A stretch of 64,000 nt of DNA from Reclinomonas americana ATCC 50394 (taxonomy: Eukaryota), in NCBI GenBank assembly GCA_048213135.1, contig PS015120.1:54743-118742 (forward strand). Reading direction: 5' to 3'. Every line of letters begins with the position of its first letter. The stretch's first letter is position 1. Positions 23,284 through 38,000 of the stretch are shown piece by piece. The translations under genes were made by a program, and so were the position numbers. The notes beneath the pieces were generated by a model. The model was not told the DNA's origin. It was given only the letters and a program-made list of their open reading frames with translations, and ran no database searches.

Positions 23284-25913
23284 NNNNNNNNNNNNNNNNN
23301 NNNNNNNNNNNNNNNNNNNNNNNNNNNNNNNNNNNNNNNNNNNNNNNNNNNNNNNNNNNNNNNNNNNNNNNNNNNNNNNNNNNNNNNNNNNNNNNNNNNN
23401 NNNNNNNNNNNNNNNNNNNNNNNNNNNNNNNNNNNNNNNNNNNNNNNNNNNNNNNNNNNNNNNNNNNNNNNNNNNNNNNNNNNNNNNNNNNNNNNNNNNN
23501 NNNNNNNNNNNNNNNNNNNNNNNNNNNNNNNNNNNNNNNNNNNNNNNNNNNNNNNNNNNNNNNNNNNNNNNNNNNNNNNNNNNNNNNNNNNTCTGTCTCT
23601 CTCTCTCTCCACTCACTGATTGATCATCATCAATCTAATCGCACGAGACAACTGACATTCTCTCGTGGATTTCACAGCCGACGACTCCTCCTGCGACGCA
23701 GCTCTACGACAGCATTCGCGGTGAGGTGTCACTGGCCACTGTTGCCACCTCCGCCGGTTCTTCGTCATCGGGAGTCAAGCTTGAACGCTCGGCCACCGAG
23801 GGCTCACTGTACATTCCACCGAGTGTGGCAGCCGCCGCCGCAGCCGCTGAGCAGGAGCAGGCAGTGGCATCGGCGAGGAAGACACCCGTTCCGAGCAGCG
23901 CCGTCAAGAGGTTCGTCTGTGAGTGTCATTTTGTGTGATGCAGTTGGCGCTCACTTGCTTGCAGCGACGAGGCCATGGCCAGCGCCGCCGCCAATGCCAA
24001 CAACACCACCACCAACAGCAACAACAACAACAATGTGACGGCCACCAACAGTACGAAAAAGCCGACCGCCACGACGGCCTCGAGTGGGAGGCGACGAGGT
24101 GGACTGCTCGCCCCGCTGCTCGATTTCGTTGCCGAGGAGCTCGAGCTGGGCGCCACCAAGGGCGTCGGGGAGGGCGATGCATCGCATCGCGACAAGGCGG
24201 TGAGCATTCAGGTGGCAGTGCGCAACTTTGCGCTCGTGCCCATGGAGCTGGAAAAGGTGTGTGCATGTTCGAGTAGTGTGCGTGTTTGGCAGACACAGCT
24301 CACTGTGCTGCTCGTCGTCAGTTTCTGATTCTCGGTACGCTGGCCTGCATCGACGCCTTCTTGTATCTCTTCACTATGCTGCCGGTGCGTCTGCTGGCCT
24401 CTGTATTTATGCTGATGACCGGAAATCTGTCGCGGTGAGTGCTCTGAATGGAGAGGGAGAGAGAGAGAGAGCGAAAGAAGGAAAGAAAGAAAGAGAGAGA
24501 GGAATGGGGCTGTGACATGGAGAAACAGAGAAAAAACAAAGGACGGGAGAGAGTACTCTCTCCCTTCCCCTCTTTTCTCCCTCTCCTGCTCCCTTCCCAC
24601 CTCACTCACTTTCCATTCTTCCCCAGCTTGAAGCTCTCCCACCGCGCCGACCTCCTCAAATTCGTCATCATGATCTGCACGGTGTATGTGCTGCTGTACT
24701 TTGACTACGCCAAGGTGTACCACTTTGTGCGCGGCGAATCCACACTCAAGCTCTACGTCATCTACAATCTGCTGGAGGTGTTCGACAAGCTGTGCTGCTC
24801 GTTCGGACCCGACATCCTCTACGCCTTTTTCTACGCGGTGTGCGCCAATGGAAATCACCGGCTCGTCACCTTTATCGGCACCATCTTTTATCTCTGTTGC
24901 GTACAGTTCTCTCGCTTTTCTTATTCCGCTAGCGATATCTCTCATGCGGTGCCACCCACACAGTTGTGCACTCGCTGGTGCTGCTGGGACAAGTGGTCAC
25001 GCTGAACGTGTCACTCAACTCACGCAACAACGCCCTGCTGACACTCCTCATCTCCAACAACTTTGTGGAGCTAAAGGGCAGCGTATTCAAGAGGCTAGAT
25101 AACAAGAACCTGTTCCAGATCTCGTGCAGTGGTGCGTGACGCTCTGCCAATCCCATCAGTTTTGCCTCGCTGCATTCCCTCCGTTGAAGCACCCTCCTGC
25201 ATTCTCGTAGACGCGGTCGAGCGCGTGCAGCTGACGGTCTACAGCATCGTGATTGTCATTCAGAATCTTCACGCCGCCGGCCAGGCCGACGTGCTGTGGG
25301 TGTTGTTGCTGCTGGCAGCTGAGGTATGCAGTGCTCGAGGAGAGGCACACTTAATCACGACTCACCTGGGTGGCTGTAGGTGTGCGTCGACTGGGTGAAG
25401 CACTGTTTCCTCACCAAGTTCAACGGCATTCGTCCCGAGTCGTATCAAGTATTCCGCCTGCTTCTGTGCAAGCAAGTCACGGCTCCGCTGGCGGCCAATG
25501 AGATTGTGCGTGAATTCCCGTCGTCTCTCTGTCTCTCTCTCCCCCTCCCAAATTCTTACACTTTCGACAGCGCGCTCTCGATGCCTCCGGCAACGCACTT
25601 CACCGACTCGGATTCGTGCCGATCCCACTCGCCTGTCTCGTTGCGTGGACGCATTTCGTGTCGCCCCCTTCTCCTGCGGCTAACGTACGCGCAGCTCACT
25701 CGAGTACTCGGCGAGACACTACAAAGCATGCTGCCGGCGACGTGGTGGTTGTTGGTGCTGGTCGGCTTGCTGGTCCTTGTTGTCGTCAAGTGCGTGGTCA
25801 AATCGGTGCTCGTCGAGTACGCCAAGCGCTTCGTGTGCTCGCGGAGCGAACTCGTGCAACGCCTCAATCACGACGAAAAGGAGCTGCTGCGTGCCGCCGA
25901 TCAGCAGGAATGA
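23018..25913 (+). CDS. TAPT1: TAPT1/EMP65/POD1 family ER membrane protein (DUF747), multi-exon
   Basis: VPMELEK, CIDAFLYLFTMLP, YHFVRGESTLKLYVIYNLLEVFDKLCCSFG, NNALLTLLISNNFVELKGSVFK, SDAVER, VDWVKHCFLTKFN and LGFVPIPLACL are all typical of the family. Confidence 0.93.
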
Positions 25914-25997
25914 GAGACTGTGTGTGCGATTATGGCGAGAGAAATGTTGTAAAAAAATGAGGTACTACTTGTGTCACTGACGAAAGTGCGGCCGCAT

Positions 25998-27598
25998 TCA
26001 CTGACTGCCGCCCTCGCTACCGCTTCCACTCGCACTGCCCGCGGAATCCTCCTCTGCGGGGCCAGCAGAGACCGCGGACGGTGGTAGCACAGTGCCGGCA
26101 GCAGAGGGGGCTTGTGGGACCGCCTTGAGCATGTCGAATACCTGAAGGACACATCAGCATATTTTGGCCCACCCTCTCCTTCCCCTCCTCCCTGCCCACA
26201 CTCACCTCCATGTACAACGACTGCAGTGCCCACAAGTTGGAGATGAGCGCGCGCTCGGCACCAATGTTGGCCGACTCGAATCCGCCGTCCTCGCGGCGCG
26301 GGAACTGCACCGATGGGTCATGCATATCGCGCGTACGCAACTCGGCACTGATTTTCACAGTGCTGCTGGCCGCTGCTGTCAGCGGTACCAGCGCCGAGGC
26401 CACCTCCACCGCCACTGAATCGTCCTCTTCTCCTTCACCTTCGCCAGCCTTGCCTTCACCGGCAGCCAACGGCGACATGGATTCATCCTCCACCACCGCC
26501 TTGCGCAGTCGCTCCTCTTCCAGCTTGCGCTCCTCGTCGGCCACCGACTTGCCAGCGCGCTCATACAACAGTTTGAGGCAGGCCTCTCGCATGCGGCGCA
26601 CGGAGCGCGGCGCCCAGGCGTGCCACGGATCGGGACCAAGAATGTCGGCGTTGGCGCGACTGGCCAGCAGCAGGAACTTGTACGTGTTCAGCAGGCTCAT
26701 TAGTGCGTCAATGTGCTCGACCGGGTATCCGGCCAGACGCTGCAGGCACAAAAACACAATCTTGTAGGCCTTGGGCGAAAGGAATTCGCTCGCCTCGTCT
26801 GGCATGCGACCGAGTCGGCGGAAATCTTGCAGACTGCGCACAATCTGTGCACGCACACACACACACAAGGGTTTTCAGGACAAATCACGGAGAGCGACCA
26901 TGCACTGAATGCACACACGCACCTGGTTCTTAAAGCACTGAATCAGCATGCTCACGAGCGTGTGATTCGAGTTGTCCAGCAGCCGATACAGCAGGTCGAA
27001 TTGCAGTGAACGACGACACCGACTGACGAGTTGGAGGAATGTGGCATACGCTCCACGTCGAACCTCGTCCAGCGGCGAGTACACCATGACGGCCAACAGC
27101 GTCTGCGCGCTTGCATTGAGCATCATCGACACAGCAAGGCGGGGAGCATGCAATGCATCACGCACCTGTGTCATGTCGATCAGTTCGTCAAACTCATGGC
27201 CCGTCTCGACCGTGTACTCCTCCTCCAGTTGCTCGATAAAGTGGCCCGCCAACTGGGCGCCCAGTCGGTGCACCGGCGCCACATGACTAGAGCATCGCAT
27301 ATCAAGGCAAGTCAACAATCTCACAAAACACCAGAAGGCAAAGAAAAAGGCGGGCCTCACCTTGACAGCATCTCTCCAATCACCGGCAGCGCAAGACGAA
27401 ACTGCGCCGTCGGTGGCATAACATAGGAGCGCACCGGCACGGGCAGACCAGCTGCGGCCGTCATCTGACCGACCCTCTCCTCCATCACACGAGTAAAGTA
27501 GACGTACAGCCCAACGCCGAGGTCCGTGTACTGCACCACGTCCGTCAGGTCGTCGTCGTCTTCCGGGTCGGGCACGGTGGGGTGTTGTGCGTGTTTCT
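25998..27598 (-). CDS. Glomulin/ALF4/Ybp1-like helical protein, C-terminal exons
   Basis: VMVYSPLDEVRRGAY...FDLLYRLL...VSMLIQCFKNQI...DALMSLLNTYKFLLL resembles the glomulin/ALF4 C-terminal half. It starts at a phase-1 acceptor compatible with the donor after 28749. Confidence 0.65.
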
Positions 27599-27774
27599 CT
27601 GCGTATTTTATCATGCACATTCAGTTTAGGAGATCACAATTCCGGCCTCCTCTCTCTCCCCTCTCCTTCACACTCATAAATGTATTGTGCTTGCTTCTCT
27701 GCGTAGTTTTTTGCACACACCCAGTTCAGGGAATCACTGCCCTGTTCACTGTAGTGCTCTCCTTCCCCCCTTCC

Positions 27775-27808
<34 letters not shown>

Positions 27809-27967
27809 NNNNNNNNNNNNNNNNNNNNNNNNNNNNNNNNNNNNNNNNNNNNNNNNNNNNNNNNNNNNNNNNNNNNNNNNNNNNNNNNNNNNNNNNNNNN
27901 NNNNNNNNNNNNNNNNNNNNNNNNNNNNNNNNNNNNNNNNNNNNNNNNNNNNNNNNNNNNNNNNNNN

Positions 27968-28749
27968 AGTGGTCTTTCATCGTCGAGGCGTGCGTGCTCT
28001 GCCGTTGCTCACTGTGGCTGAACAGCGTTGAGCCGTATCACGGCGAAGCGAGCTCGTTTCGTGGCCTCTGCCGTGCAGGCAGTGTCGTGCCTTTTCAACG
28101 AGCTGCTGCAGGAGGAGTCGGCGAGGAGAGTGTCGGAGGAGGTGATGGAAGATGAGGACATGGAGGTGGAGACGAGCGTGGCCAACGACTCGACGGCATC
28201 GGAGGACGCCATCAACATGCGACTCAATCTGGAGCTGTTTCGGAGTGTTGTGCGCTTTGCCAGCGGAGTCTGCTCATGGTTGACCAGCAGGGTACGGCGC
28301 AGGGGTGGTGAAGGGAAGGGCAAAGAGTGAGAGGGAAGGGCAAAGAGTGGGAGGCAGCAGGAGTGGAAAGTTTGCTTACTGTTTGACTGCGCCTCATGGC
28401 AATGCAGCGCACCGACAGCTCTCCGGACACGGTGGAGGAGCGCGTCTATTTCCTTTACCTTGCCTTCTCGCTGCTGGCCTGGGCGGCGCAGCAGCCCGGG
28501 TACCTGGCCGAAAGCTCCACTGGTCGCCAGCTGGTCGATGAGCTCATTGTTGCGTTTCTTCGGCTGTCAGCTTCTGTGCATCACGCTCTGACCCGTGTGT
28601 GTCGCAGTTGGAGGTGCTAACTTGCGGAGCCAGTGACCGCTCGATTTTGGAGAGAAAGCGCTTGTGCAAGTGGCTGGTGGAAAACAAGAAAGAGAACCGC
28701 AAACAGCTGGAGCACTTGCCGGATGTCAGCGAGGTGATGAAGGACATTG
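27968..28749 (+). CDS. Glomulin/ALF4-like gene, middle exons (displaced contig)
   Basis: Helical exons with GT-AG introns. The last donor (DI G|GTGAG, phase 1) joins in frame to 27598(-), giving DIEKHAQHP. Confidence 0.55.
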
Positions 28750-28773
28750 GTGAGTGTGGGGGAGGGGGAGGGG

Positions 28774-28829
<56 letters not shown>

Positions 28830-28918
28830 GAGGAGAGAGACGACGANNNNNNNNNNNNNNNNNNNNNNNNNNNNNNNNNNNNNNNNNNNNNNNNNNNNNN
28901 NNNNNNNNNNNNNNNNNN

Positions 28919-29369
28919 GTCGCTGTACGAGGCCTCCGCCGATGAGGGCGATGATGATGCGGTGCTCGTGCAACAAAGAGTGCAAGTGCTGCAGGCATTG
29001 CGTGATCGGCTGAATGCACCAGTCGTGCATCAGGTGAGTGATGATTGAGCATTCTCCTCTGTTTATGTGGCTCAACTCACACCGCACAGGCCATCACTGT
29101 CAATGCCTTTGAGGTGTTTTACCTGATGACCGACTGGGTGCAAGCGTACGGCGACTCGGTGGCCTCGGTGGCTGAAGAGGTACTGCGCTCGCTGCACCCC
29201 CCTCCCCTCTCGTCTCTATCGTCACCAACGTGAAACATGATGCAGGTCCTGCTGGCTCTGGCGGCCGCCTGCAACGCCAAGGAGTTGTTCCTGGCGGTGG
29301 TGGAGAAGCTGTCGGATTCATCACTGCCGCGTACACTGCGCATGTCGATGTTGCACGTGCTGGCGACGG
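28919..29369 (+). CDS. Glomulin/ALF4-like gene, N-terminal-region exons (displaced contig)
   Basis: VLLALAAACNAKELFLAVVEKL resembles the C-x-P/A-K-E-L motif in the N-terminal part of this family. Confidence 0.55.
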
Positions 29370-29497
29370 GTGCGCTNNNNNNNNNNNNNNNNNNNNGGTC
29401 GCAAGAGACCAACAAACTCCAACCAGACAGCTTCCCAACCCTCCTGTGACACAACACACCGTCACAGTGTCAGCATACACAAACACACACACGCTCT

Positions 29498-29528
<31 letters not shown>

Positions 29529-29724
29529 GCGCTGCAGTGACATGTCGTGTGTGCGCGCGTTCTCATTCGCCCCTCGCTTGCTTGCTGCAGCGCAACTTCT
29601 GACGGGTGGTGGAGCTGCGGGTCGAGCCGAGCAAGCGAGACCCGGAACTCAGCAAGTGCTTGCATGTGACGAGAAACACAAACTGATTGCATGCAGGACA
29701 ACTCTTTGGTTGTTCATTAGCACT

Positions 29725-32048
29725 TCACCGGCGAACCAACGTCACCAGCTTTCTGGCGGCACTGGTGCGACTCGACTGGCGACTCGATGGTGGCTCGGTG
29801 GGTGGTGCCGACTCTGGCACCGGCGACGGCACCATGGCCGGCACCGGCAGAGCAAACAGACCGAGTCGTTGTGCTTGAAGCAGGCGCGAAGGCAGACGAT
29901 GCCGCGGCGCCGACACTACGGTGGACGCGTCATCACGTCCACCAGCATCGTCGCCGTCCTCGTCCTCGTCGTCGTCGCCCTTCTTTGGCCGTTGTGGGTG
30001 CAGGGTGTGCGGCGGTGGAGGCGATGCTTCGGGACTGAGCAGAGCGCCGAACCGGCGGTAGCGAACCGGTGGCAGCGGCACAGGCGCCGGTCGCGTGTTG
30101 GGCGGTGGAGGCATTGCGCCGACAAGCGCAGTGAATACGGGCGACGGCTGCGTCTCTGCCGGGGGCGAAGCTCGGTCCAGCGCCTGCGTGAGGTTGAAGC
30201 GCGGCATGCGCACCAGTACCAACGACTTGTCAGAGGCGGTCTTCTGCCGCAGACGCTCACGTTCGAGCAGGCTGCGGCGGCGTCGGCGGCGTCGGATGAG
30301 GATGCATGCGATCAGGGCCGCCACCAGTGCGGCCAGCGCACACAAGCCGACAATGAGCCCAATGAGCGCCGGTCGACTCAGTCCACTGCCGCTGTTGGTG
30401 CCCGACGAATCCACGGCGGTCGGCGCCGGAGCCAGAACGAAATCGACGGACTGACTGCGCACCTCGAACGTTTCGGCGTCCACCACTTGCACCTTGTAGG
30501 TGAACGATGAGTCGGCGAATTGTCGCTCGGCTCGCCACGGCAACGTGTTGACGATCTCGGCTCGTTGATCTGTGCCGTGGCAAATAAGTTTCGAGCACAG
30601 CACCACCACTCCACTATCGACTCCGTTCCTCACCACCATCGCTGCACTGACTGGTCACGTTGTAGGCCAGGAACCAGAACAGGGACTGTCCGTCGGGCGA
30701 CAACACAGGCGGCACCGCATCCGAGCGGAGTGTCGGTGGCGAGAAGGATGCGAGTGAGGTGCCGGCAGGTGGAGTACCGACAAGCAACACATGCGCGAAT
30801 TCCATCGACAATCGCGTGCATCGCCACGTCAGTGAATTGGTTGTATCGAGCGCCACCACGCCCACCGAATCCTCTGGTGACGCCAGCGCCGGCGACGGTG
30901 GCACAGAGACGAGGATTTGCTCATCTGCCACACAAGAAACAAAGGGTGAGTGGTGGTCATTATTCGGCAGTTCTTTGTCGACATGCGCGAAACATTGCAA
31001 CAAAATGACCACCGAGTGGCTCTGCTCGCCAGTCAGCGAGTCGGCGAGGCGCAGCGTGGCGCGCTCGGATGTCATGTTGGCGTAGGCCTTGGTGACAGGG
31101 AAGTTCCACTCCAGCGAATTGAGTGACACGTTGCTTGTGCCGCTGCACACTGACGGCCAGCGCGTGGCCACCACAAATTGCAGCTACAATGTGCAAAAAA
31201 AGGCCAGTGAGTCAACAAACACAAAGGTCTAAGCACCAGGCAATGGAGAGATAAACACCGCACCGATGCAGTCTCCGTCAACAGCGAGATGTCCACTTGC
31301 AGCGGCACGTCCGCCATGCACCGCCAGGAGATGGTGGTGGTCGAGAAGGGCTTCACGGTGGAGCTCACACGCGGCTCGGCCAGCGTAAGTGCTCCGGCTG
31401 TGCGAGACACAATGAATGAGTGCACTGCACGGAGCTCTGCAGCACACAACCCTCTGCAGTTCTCCTCCCTTCTCTCTCTCTCTCTCTCTNNNNNNNNNNN
31501 NNNNNNNNNNNNNNNNNNNNNNNNNNNNNNNNNNNNNNNNNNNNNNNNNNNNNNNNNNNNNNNNNNNNNNNNNNNNNNNNNNNNNNNNNNNNNNNNNNNN
31601 NNNNNNNNNNNNNNNNNNNNNNNNNNNNNNNNNNNNNNNNNNNNNNNNNNNNNNNNNNNNNNNNNNNNNNNNNNNNNNNNNNNNNNNNNNNNNNNNNNNN
31701 NNNNNNNNNNNNNNNNNNNNNNNNNNNNNNNNNNNNNNNNNNNNNNNNNNNNNNNNNNNNNNNNNNNNNNNNNNNNNNNNNNNNNNNNNNNNNNNNNNNN
31801 NNNNNNNNNNNNNNNNNNNNNNNNNNNNNNNNNNNNNNNNNNNNNNNNNNNNNNNNNNNNNNNNNNNNNNNNNNNNNNNNNNNNNNNNNNNNNNNNNNNN
31901 NNNNNNNNNNNNNNNNNNNNNNNNNNNNNNNNNNNNNNNNNNNNNNNNNNNNNNNNNNNNNNNNNNNNNNNNNNNNNNNNNNNNNNNNNNNNNNNNNAGT
32001 GCACTACACGGACGCTCTCGCAGCACACAACCCTACCTCGCAGTTCTC

Positions 32049-32097
<49 letters not shown>

Positions 32098-35000
32098 TCG
32101 CACTGTCACCGGATCGGTGGCCACACGGATGGCCGGCCGCTGAGCATCTCGAATCACCAACTGCACACGCCGAGACACGGCCTCTTTCGGTGGGAACCAC
32201 GGATACGTGTCGCCAAAGCCACCCTGACCGCACGTTGTGGTGCGCGGCGATGATGGTGCTGATGACCACCACACGCGTCCATCCGCCACATCCACCACAT
32301 CGAAGAACACTTGGCGCACCGACGGGTGGCTGCATGTGAATGTCACATAGTTGGGCAGGCTAAAGTAGCTCTGTGCCGGCGGCATGCGAGAAATGTCAAT
32401 CTCCACCGGCACAAACTGGAACTGGCGAGTGCTGTTGCTGACGGCGAGCCGCGAGTCGCGCACCAACACCGAGAAGAGGTCACTGGTGGCCGAACCGAAC
32501 TGCTCCACATCGGCCACCGTAATGTTGCGCAACAGCGAGTTCAGCGAGCCGTCGCAGGCCACATTGCGACCGGACGCCAGCAACAGCACGTCTTCGCCTG
32601 TCGACAGATTCTGCAGCACCACATCGACTGCCGTGGCGCGTCCCACACCGAGACAGCGGAACGAGAAGTCGATGGTGGCCGGCACCAAGGCCACCGGTGT
32701 CCACGTGTCGGCTGCGTCGAGCACAAACTGCGTCTCTGCGGATAGGGAAGTAACGTTAGGAACGCTTCTTTTCCTCTGCGGTTCACACGCATGCCTGAAT
32801 CACACTCACCGACGACTGAGAAGCTGGCGCTCACTGCCTGGGACGACGGAGAGTCGCCGTCGTACGCCTGCAATGCCAACATGGTTTCGCCAGTCACCGG
32901 CGCGGCTCGCCACGTGACAGTCGTGGAGCCGAAACACACAAAAGGCGACACGTTGGCCACCGGCACCAAGTACTGTTGATTGCTGGCGCGCACCACAGCG
33001 ACCACCAGGCGTTTGAACTGCGAGTTGTCGGCGCACGCGACCGTTGCCTCCACCGTGTCACCGCGCTTGTAGACCATGGATCCACGCAGCAGCGAGATCG
33101 ACAGGGTGCGCACGGCGTTCACGACCGTGGGGAAGGTGACCGAGAGTGTGGGTCGACTGGCGTCGGCAACCAGCAGCGAATACCGTCCAGGAGTGAGATC
33201 TGTCGGTGTTGCTCCGCGCATGTTGTTGGTGAGGCCACTCGACGCGCAGTTCGTCGCACTGGGCGTGAGTGTCACAGTGCGCGGTCCGAGTGGTGCCGGC
33301 GAATCCAGCGGCAACAGCGTGGCCTGCACACTGGTGGTAGGATCGAAATTGCACAGCAGTGTGAACGACAAGGTGTAGCCGGCGAAGACTGTTGAGGGGA
33401 CGTTGCTGAGCTGCAGCGATGCTTGCAGAGGCGTGAATACGGCACTTGTGGACACCACCACACCGTCGCTCACATCGACCACCCACGGATCGACGGAGGT
33501 TGGCGGCACTGCGGCCCACGCGAACGATTGCAAGGTGGCCATCGTGGGCTCGCACGTCACACTCACTGTGCCAATCGCAGTGCCGAGGTTGAACGGGTAA
33601 GTGTTGCGACGGTACGACAGCGTGACCGAGGTGGTAGCAGGTGAGTTGCAGCGGAATTGAACGGTGGCTGGCGAACCGGCAAAGAACGCCGACAGCGCCG
33701 GCACCACAATCGGTGTCGAAATCTGTCGTGCCAGCACGTCCACAGCGCTACTGGCTCCCACCACACTGCACAAATAAAACAGAGAACAGCCGTGAGTCCA
33801 TGAATCTACGTGCACCACCTCATTTTTTCAACACGAATCTCCTCTCTCTAACTTCAACCCTCACCTGGCGCGCTGACTGTCCACCACCCGCACTCGCATT
33901 CCAGTACCCGACTGCTGCAACGTCCACTGGTACACTTGCGGCGCGGCCGCGGGGCCACACGTGGTTGCCACTGCGGTACCGACCGTCGCGTTGTCCAAGA
34001 ATACGTCGACTTGCGTGGTGAGCGTGCTGGTACACACGAACTGCACGCGCGCCGTCCCACCCTCCACCAGCAGGGTTGTGCCAACCGACACCACCACAAC
34101 TTGATCGATGCCAATGCCCGCCACCGAAAACGTCTGCGCGGCACTCGCCGACACCTCCGGCACGCCGGCATCACGCACCACCAGCAGGATGGGCACAGCA
34201 AGCGGCAGTGTCTCCGGAATCGACCAGGAGAGCGCGGCACCAACTGTGCATCCCGTCACACGACCCACCACAATTTCTGAGCCGCTGACCTGCGCCACCA
34301 GCTCCACGGTGCCCACTAGCTGTGTGGCCACACAGTCCCACGTGATGGTGCGACGTTCTCCACGCGACACCGAGGTCACCAGCGGAGACAAGGCTGGAGC
34401 CGTGAACGCAGCCGCGGCCAACACCGATGCCGAGGCGACGCTGATACTGGCCGTGCTGGCATCCTCCACATCGACAGCATACGTGGTGCCGACGGTGATG
34501 GAGGAGGGAACCATCACCGACACCACATTGATGAACGGTGTGCCAGTCGGCGTGCACACCACCGTCACCGACGACGCCGGCGTCAGCGATACACGCGTGT
34601 TGGCCACCACGTTGCGGAGCCACACGTTGACTTGTACAGTAGGTGACTTGCAGGTGAACGACACCAAGTACGTGTAATGGGAGAACAACGAGCCGGTCGA
34701 TGGCTGCAGGATTGGCACACTTATGCTCGCCTCTGTGGCGAAACAGGGGATGTTGTTAGAGGAAACGAACATATATTGCAGAGGAAAAAACACTGGGAAT
34801 GCACGCAACGATACACAGTAATGCTGGTGGCAGTGGCGGCACCGATGGCTGGCTGTGCGGAATCAGTGACCCACAACAAGCCAGTAGTGGTTGGGCCGGG
34901 GAATGAGGCAGCAGTGAACGCGATGTTGAGCGATAGTTGCGTGCCGAAACCGGTGGTTGGATCGCTGCCGCACGAGACAGCTGCGGCAGAGGCGAGGGTG

Positions 35001-38000
35001 GCAAGCACAACGCCGACAGAGGAGCGCAGTGTCACATCCACTTGCGTCGCCGCCGTACATCGGAACGACACTGTGGTTGACGAGCCGACAAAGGCGTAGG
35101 ACGGACCGAGCAGACTCACCGCGGTGACGGACTGGGAGAGCACCGAAAATGGCGACGACTGCGACACGACCAGTGGTCTATCCACATCCATCACCTCGAG
35201 TGACACGACAGTGGCGCTGGTGCTTGTGGGAATCGTGATCGACGCCGAGTTAGGGTTCACTCCGTCGCACATGGTGGGGGGCGCCGGCAAGGCGCCCAAC
35301 GCCGTGCGAGCGCCGGTGTGCACGTCCACCAATGCGGCCGCCACATTCACCGTCGTCGGGTTGTTGCAAATGTACGTGAATGCCAGTGTGGAGCCGGCGA
35401 CGGGCGGCGGCGAGAGCGCAGTGGTGACAGTCACTTGCGTGAGTCGCGAAGAGCGCACGGCAGGCGCCACTGTCAGTGGTCCGGTCACAGAGGTTGACTG
35501 CTGCACATCACGAAGGGTGACCAAGTAACCGCCGGCGGGCAGCGCGGCGAGATCGTTCTCCAGAGTCCAACTAAAGGCGGCGGGACAAGTGCCGACACCA
35601 CCATTGGATAGTTCGTGTTCCACGAGCGGCGAACCACCAGCCGTGCTGATTTCCACTCGCACAGTGGCCTGCGCGCTCAGACTGCAAGTCCACGACAGTG
35701 ACGTGGTGTCGCCCGTCCACCACAAGGCGGCTGCAGCTGAGAAACTGGAGAGCGCATCACCGACCGTAACGACGGTGCTCGCGGTGCCGAGTCCCGCAAA
35801 CTGTGCACACGAAAAAGCCACCGTCGTGGTACTCGCTGCCGTGCTCGACATGGGCAACTGCAGTGTGTTCACCGCACTGCCGTTACAGGTGGCAGACACC
35901 GAGGCCACTGACATTGCGCCGACACTGGCGACAATGGTGGCCGGCGACGGGAACAGACACACAAACTGCACAGGCACCGTGTAGCCGCGGAACACTGGCA
36001 CCGACACAGGCGTCACCGTGATGGATGGGCTCTGCACCGAGAACAGGGTGGCCGCACTCGACGCACTCAGAGGTGCACCAGTGGTGGCCGTCACCGTGAC
36101 CGACGTGTTGCCAATGGCTGCCGCAAGTGGTGTCCACGACAGCTGCTGCAAGGCGCCAGTACCCTCCAGTGAAGAGCAGGTGACACTCTGCGCCGCCGCA
36201 AGCACGGTCCCACTCGGTTGCAGCGACACATCCACGGCAGTGGTGCTCGCCGAGTTGCATCGGAAGCGGATCGTTGACGGAACGCCGACCAAGTGCACGG
36301 TGGACGAGGCGCCAAGCGACGAAACAACAGACACACTAGTGAGCGTAGGAGCTGCGGGCAAGGATAAGAGTGAGAGAGAGGAATCGTGAGGAGAGGCATG
36401 AGCGGCGGGACAAACGCAACGGAAGAACACCAGAGCGGGCGAAGTGGCACTCAGCCACGACGCAGTACCAGTGCCAGTAACTCGCACAAAGCGCAGAGCA
36501 GGTGACGGACCGGCACCGGCTGCCGACACGGTCGGACTGACAGCGGCAAACACGGTGCGCAACGACGTACACGGCGCGCCAAACGAGTACGACGCCGACA
36601 GCGTTTCCACCACGGCCAGCGATTGATCGAGGAGCTCAATACGGACACTGGAAAGCACCGGCGCAGTGCAGTCAAACGACACCAAGATGGAGGAGCCGGC
36701 GACCACATCCGCAAGCGGATCCGCCGAGGCCACCGCAGCCACGTTACGCAGCGAGGCCGCCACCAGTGTAAACGGCGCGGAAAGTGCGGCCGTTGGCGTC
36801 AGTGGGTCGCGCACCACGAGCTGCACAGTGCCGGCCGACAGCGTGTACGGTGCGACCCAATTCACAAAGACGACTGCGTCACCGCCGGCGGCGCAACCGG
36901 CGGTTGTGGCCACCACCACCTCCGCCACACTCTGTGTCACCACCAGCTGCACGGAGGACACACTCTGGCGACACACCCACGACGCGGTGTTGGTATCACC
37001 CTGCGCGACACTCGTCACGGCCGGGTTTGACGTCAACAGCAGACTGGTAAAAGCAGTGGAGACTTCGCGGCCGCTCAATTCTATCGCCTGCGATACACCG
37101 CCACTCGTCGCGTCCTCCATCCGCAGAACATATCCGGACGACGCCGTGATGCTGCTGGCCACGGTCCACGCAAAGCGATTCACCGACACACCGTCGCACA
37201 AGCATGGATCGGCGGCGGCAAGAACCGTCACCACGCCGGTCGAGGATCGCAGTGAAATCTTCGCGGCAGTGGTCAACCGGTAGTTGCACGTGTACGACAG
37301 TGTGACTGTGTAGCCAATGTAGACGCGGCTGGGAGGTGCTGGTGAAAAGTTGAACGTCGGCACTGCGCACACACCAAAGGTGAAGGTGAGCAAGAAAAAG
37401 AGGAAGAAGGGGGACGTCGTCGATCGAAGAGATGCAAGTAGACGCACCAGCAATGGAGAAGGCGTTGCTAGTGGCCAGCACAGACACTTGCGTGGCATCG
37501 GTGGCGCGCACTTGCAGTGCCGCGCCAACCATGGTCGACATCGGGCCAAACGAGAACGCATTTGCCGTCACACCGTCGCACACTGGTGCCGACACAAACA
37601 ACAAACTCACGCCCGACGGAAGCAACGAGAGGCGCACTCCGTTTAGCGTAGTCGACGCCGAGTCACAGACGAACGAGCCGTTGGCGCCAGCGCCAACCAC
37701 CAGGGTTGACGAGTACGGCAGTTGCACTGCAAGTCGACTGATAGTGGGAGCTGTACGGGCATCATAAATAGAGTGAGCCGACGTCGAGGGGGGGAGGCCA
37801 CAGAGGGACACAAACCGGTGACAGAGAGGGGGGCCGACGTGCCGCTGACGCCAGTCGCAAGGTCAATGACTTGCAGTGTGACGGCACCCAGCAACGTGGA
37901 GCGCACGGCCCACGTCAACGAGCCAGGTGTCACACCATCACATGTCGCCGGTGACGAAGCCACGGCGACTTCGTACGGCGTACTGGCGTTGCCGCCACTC

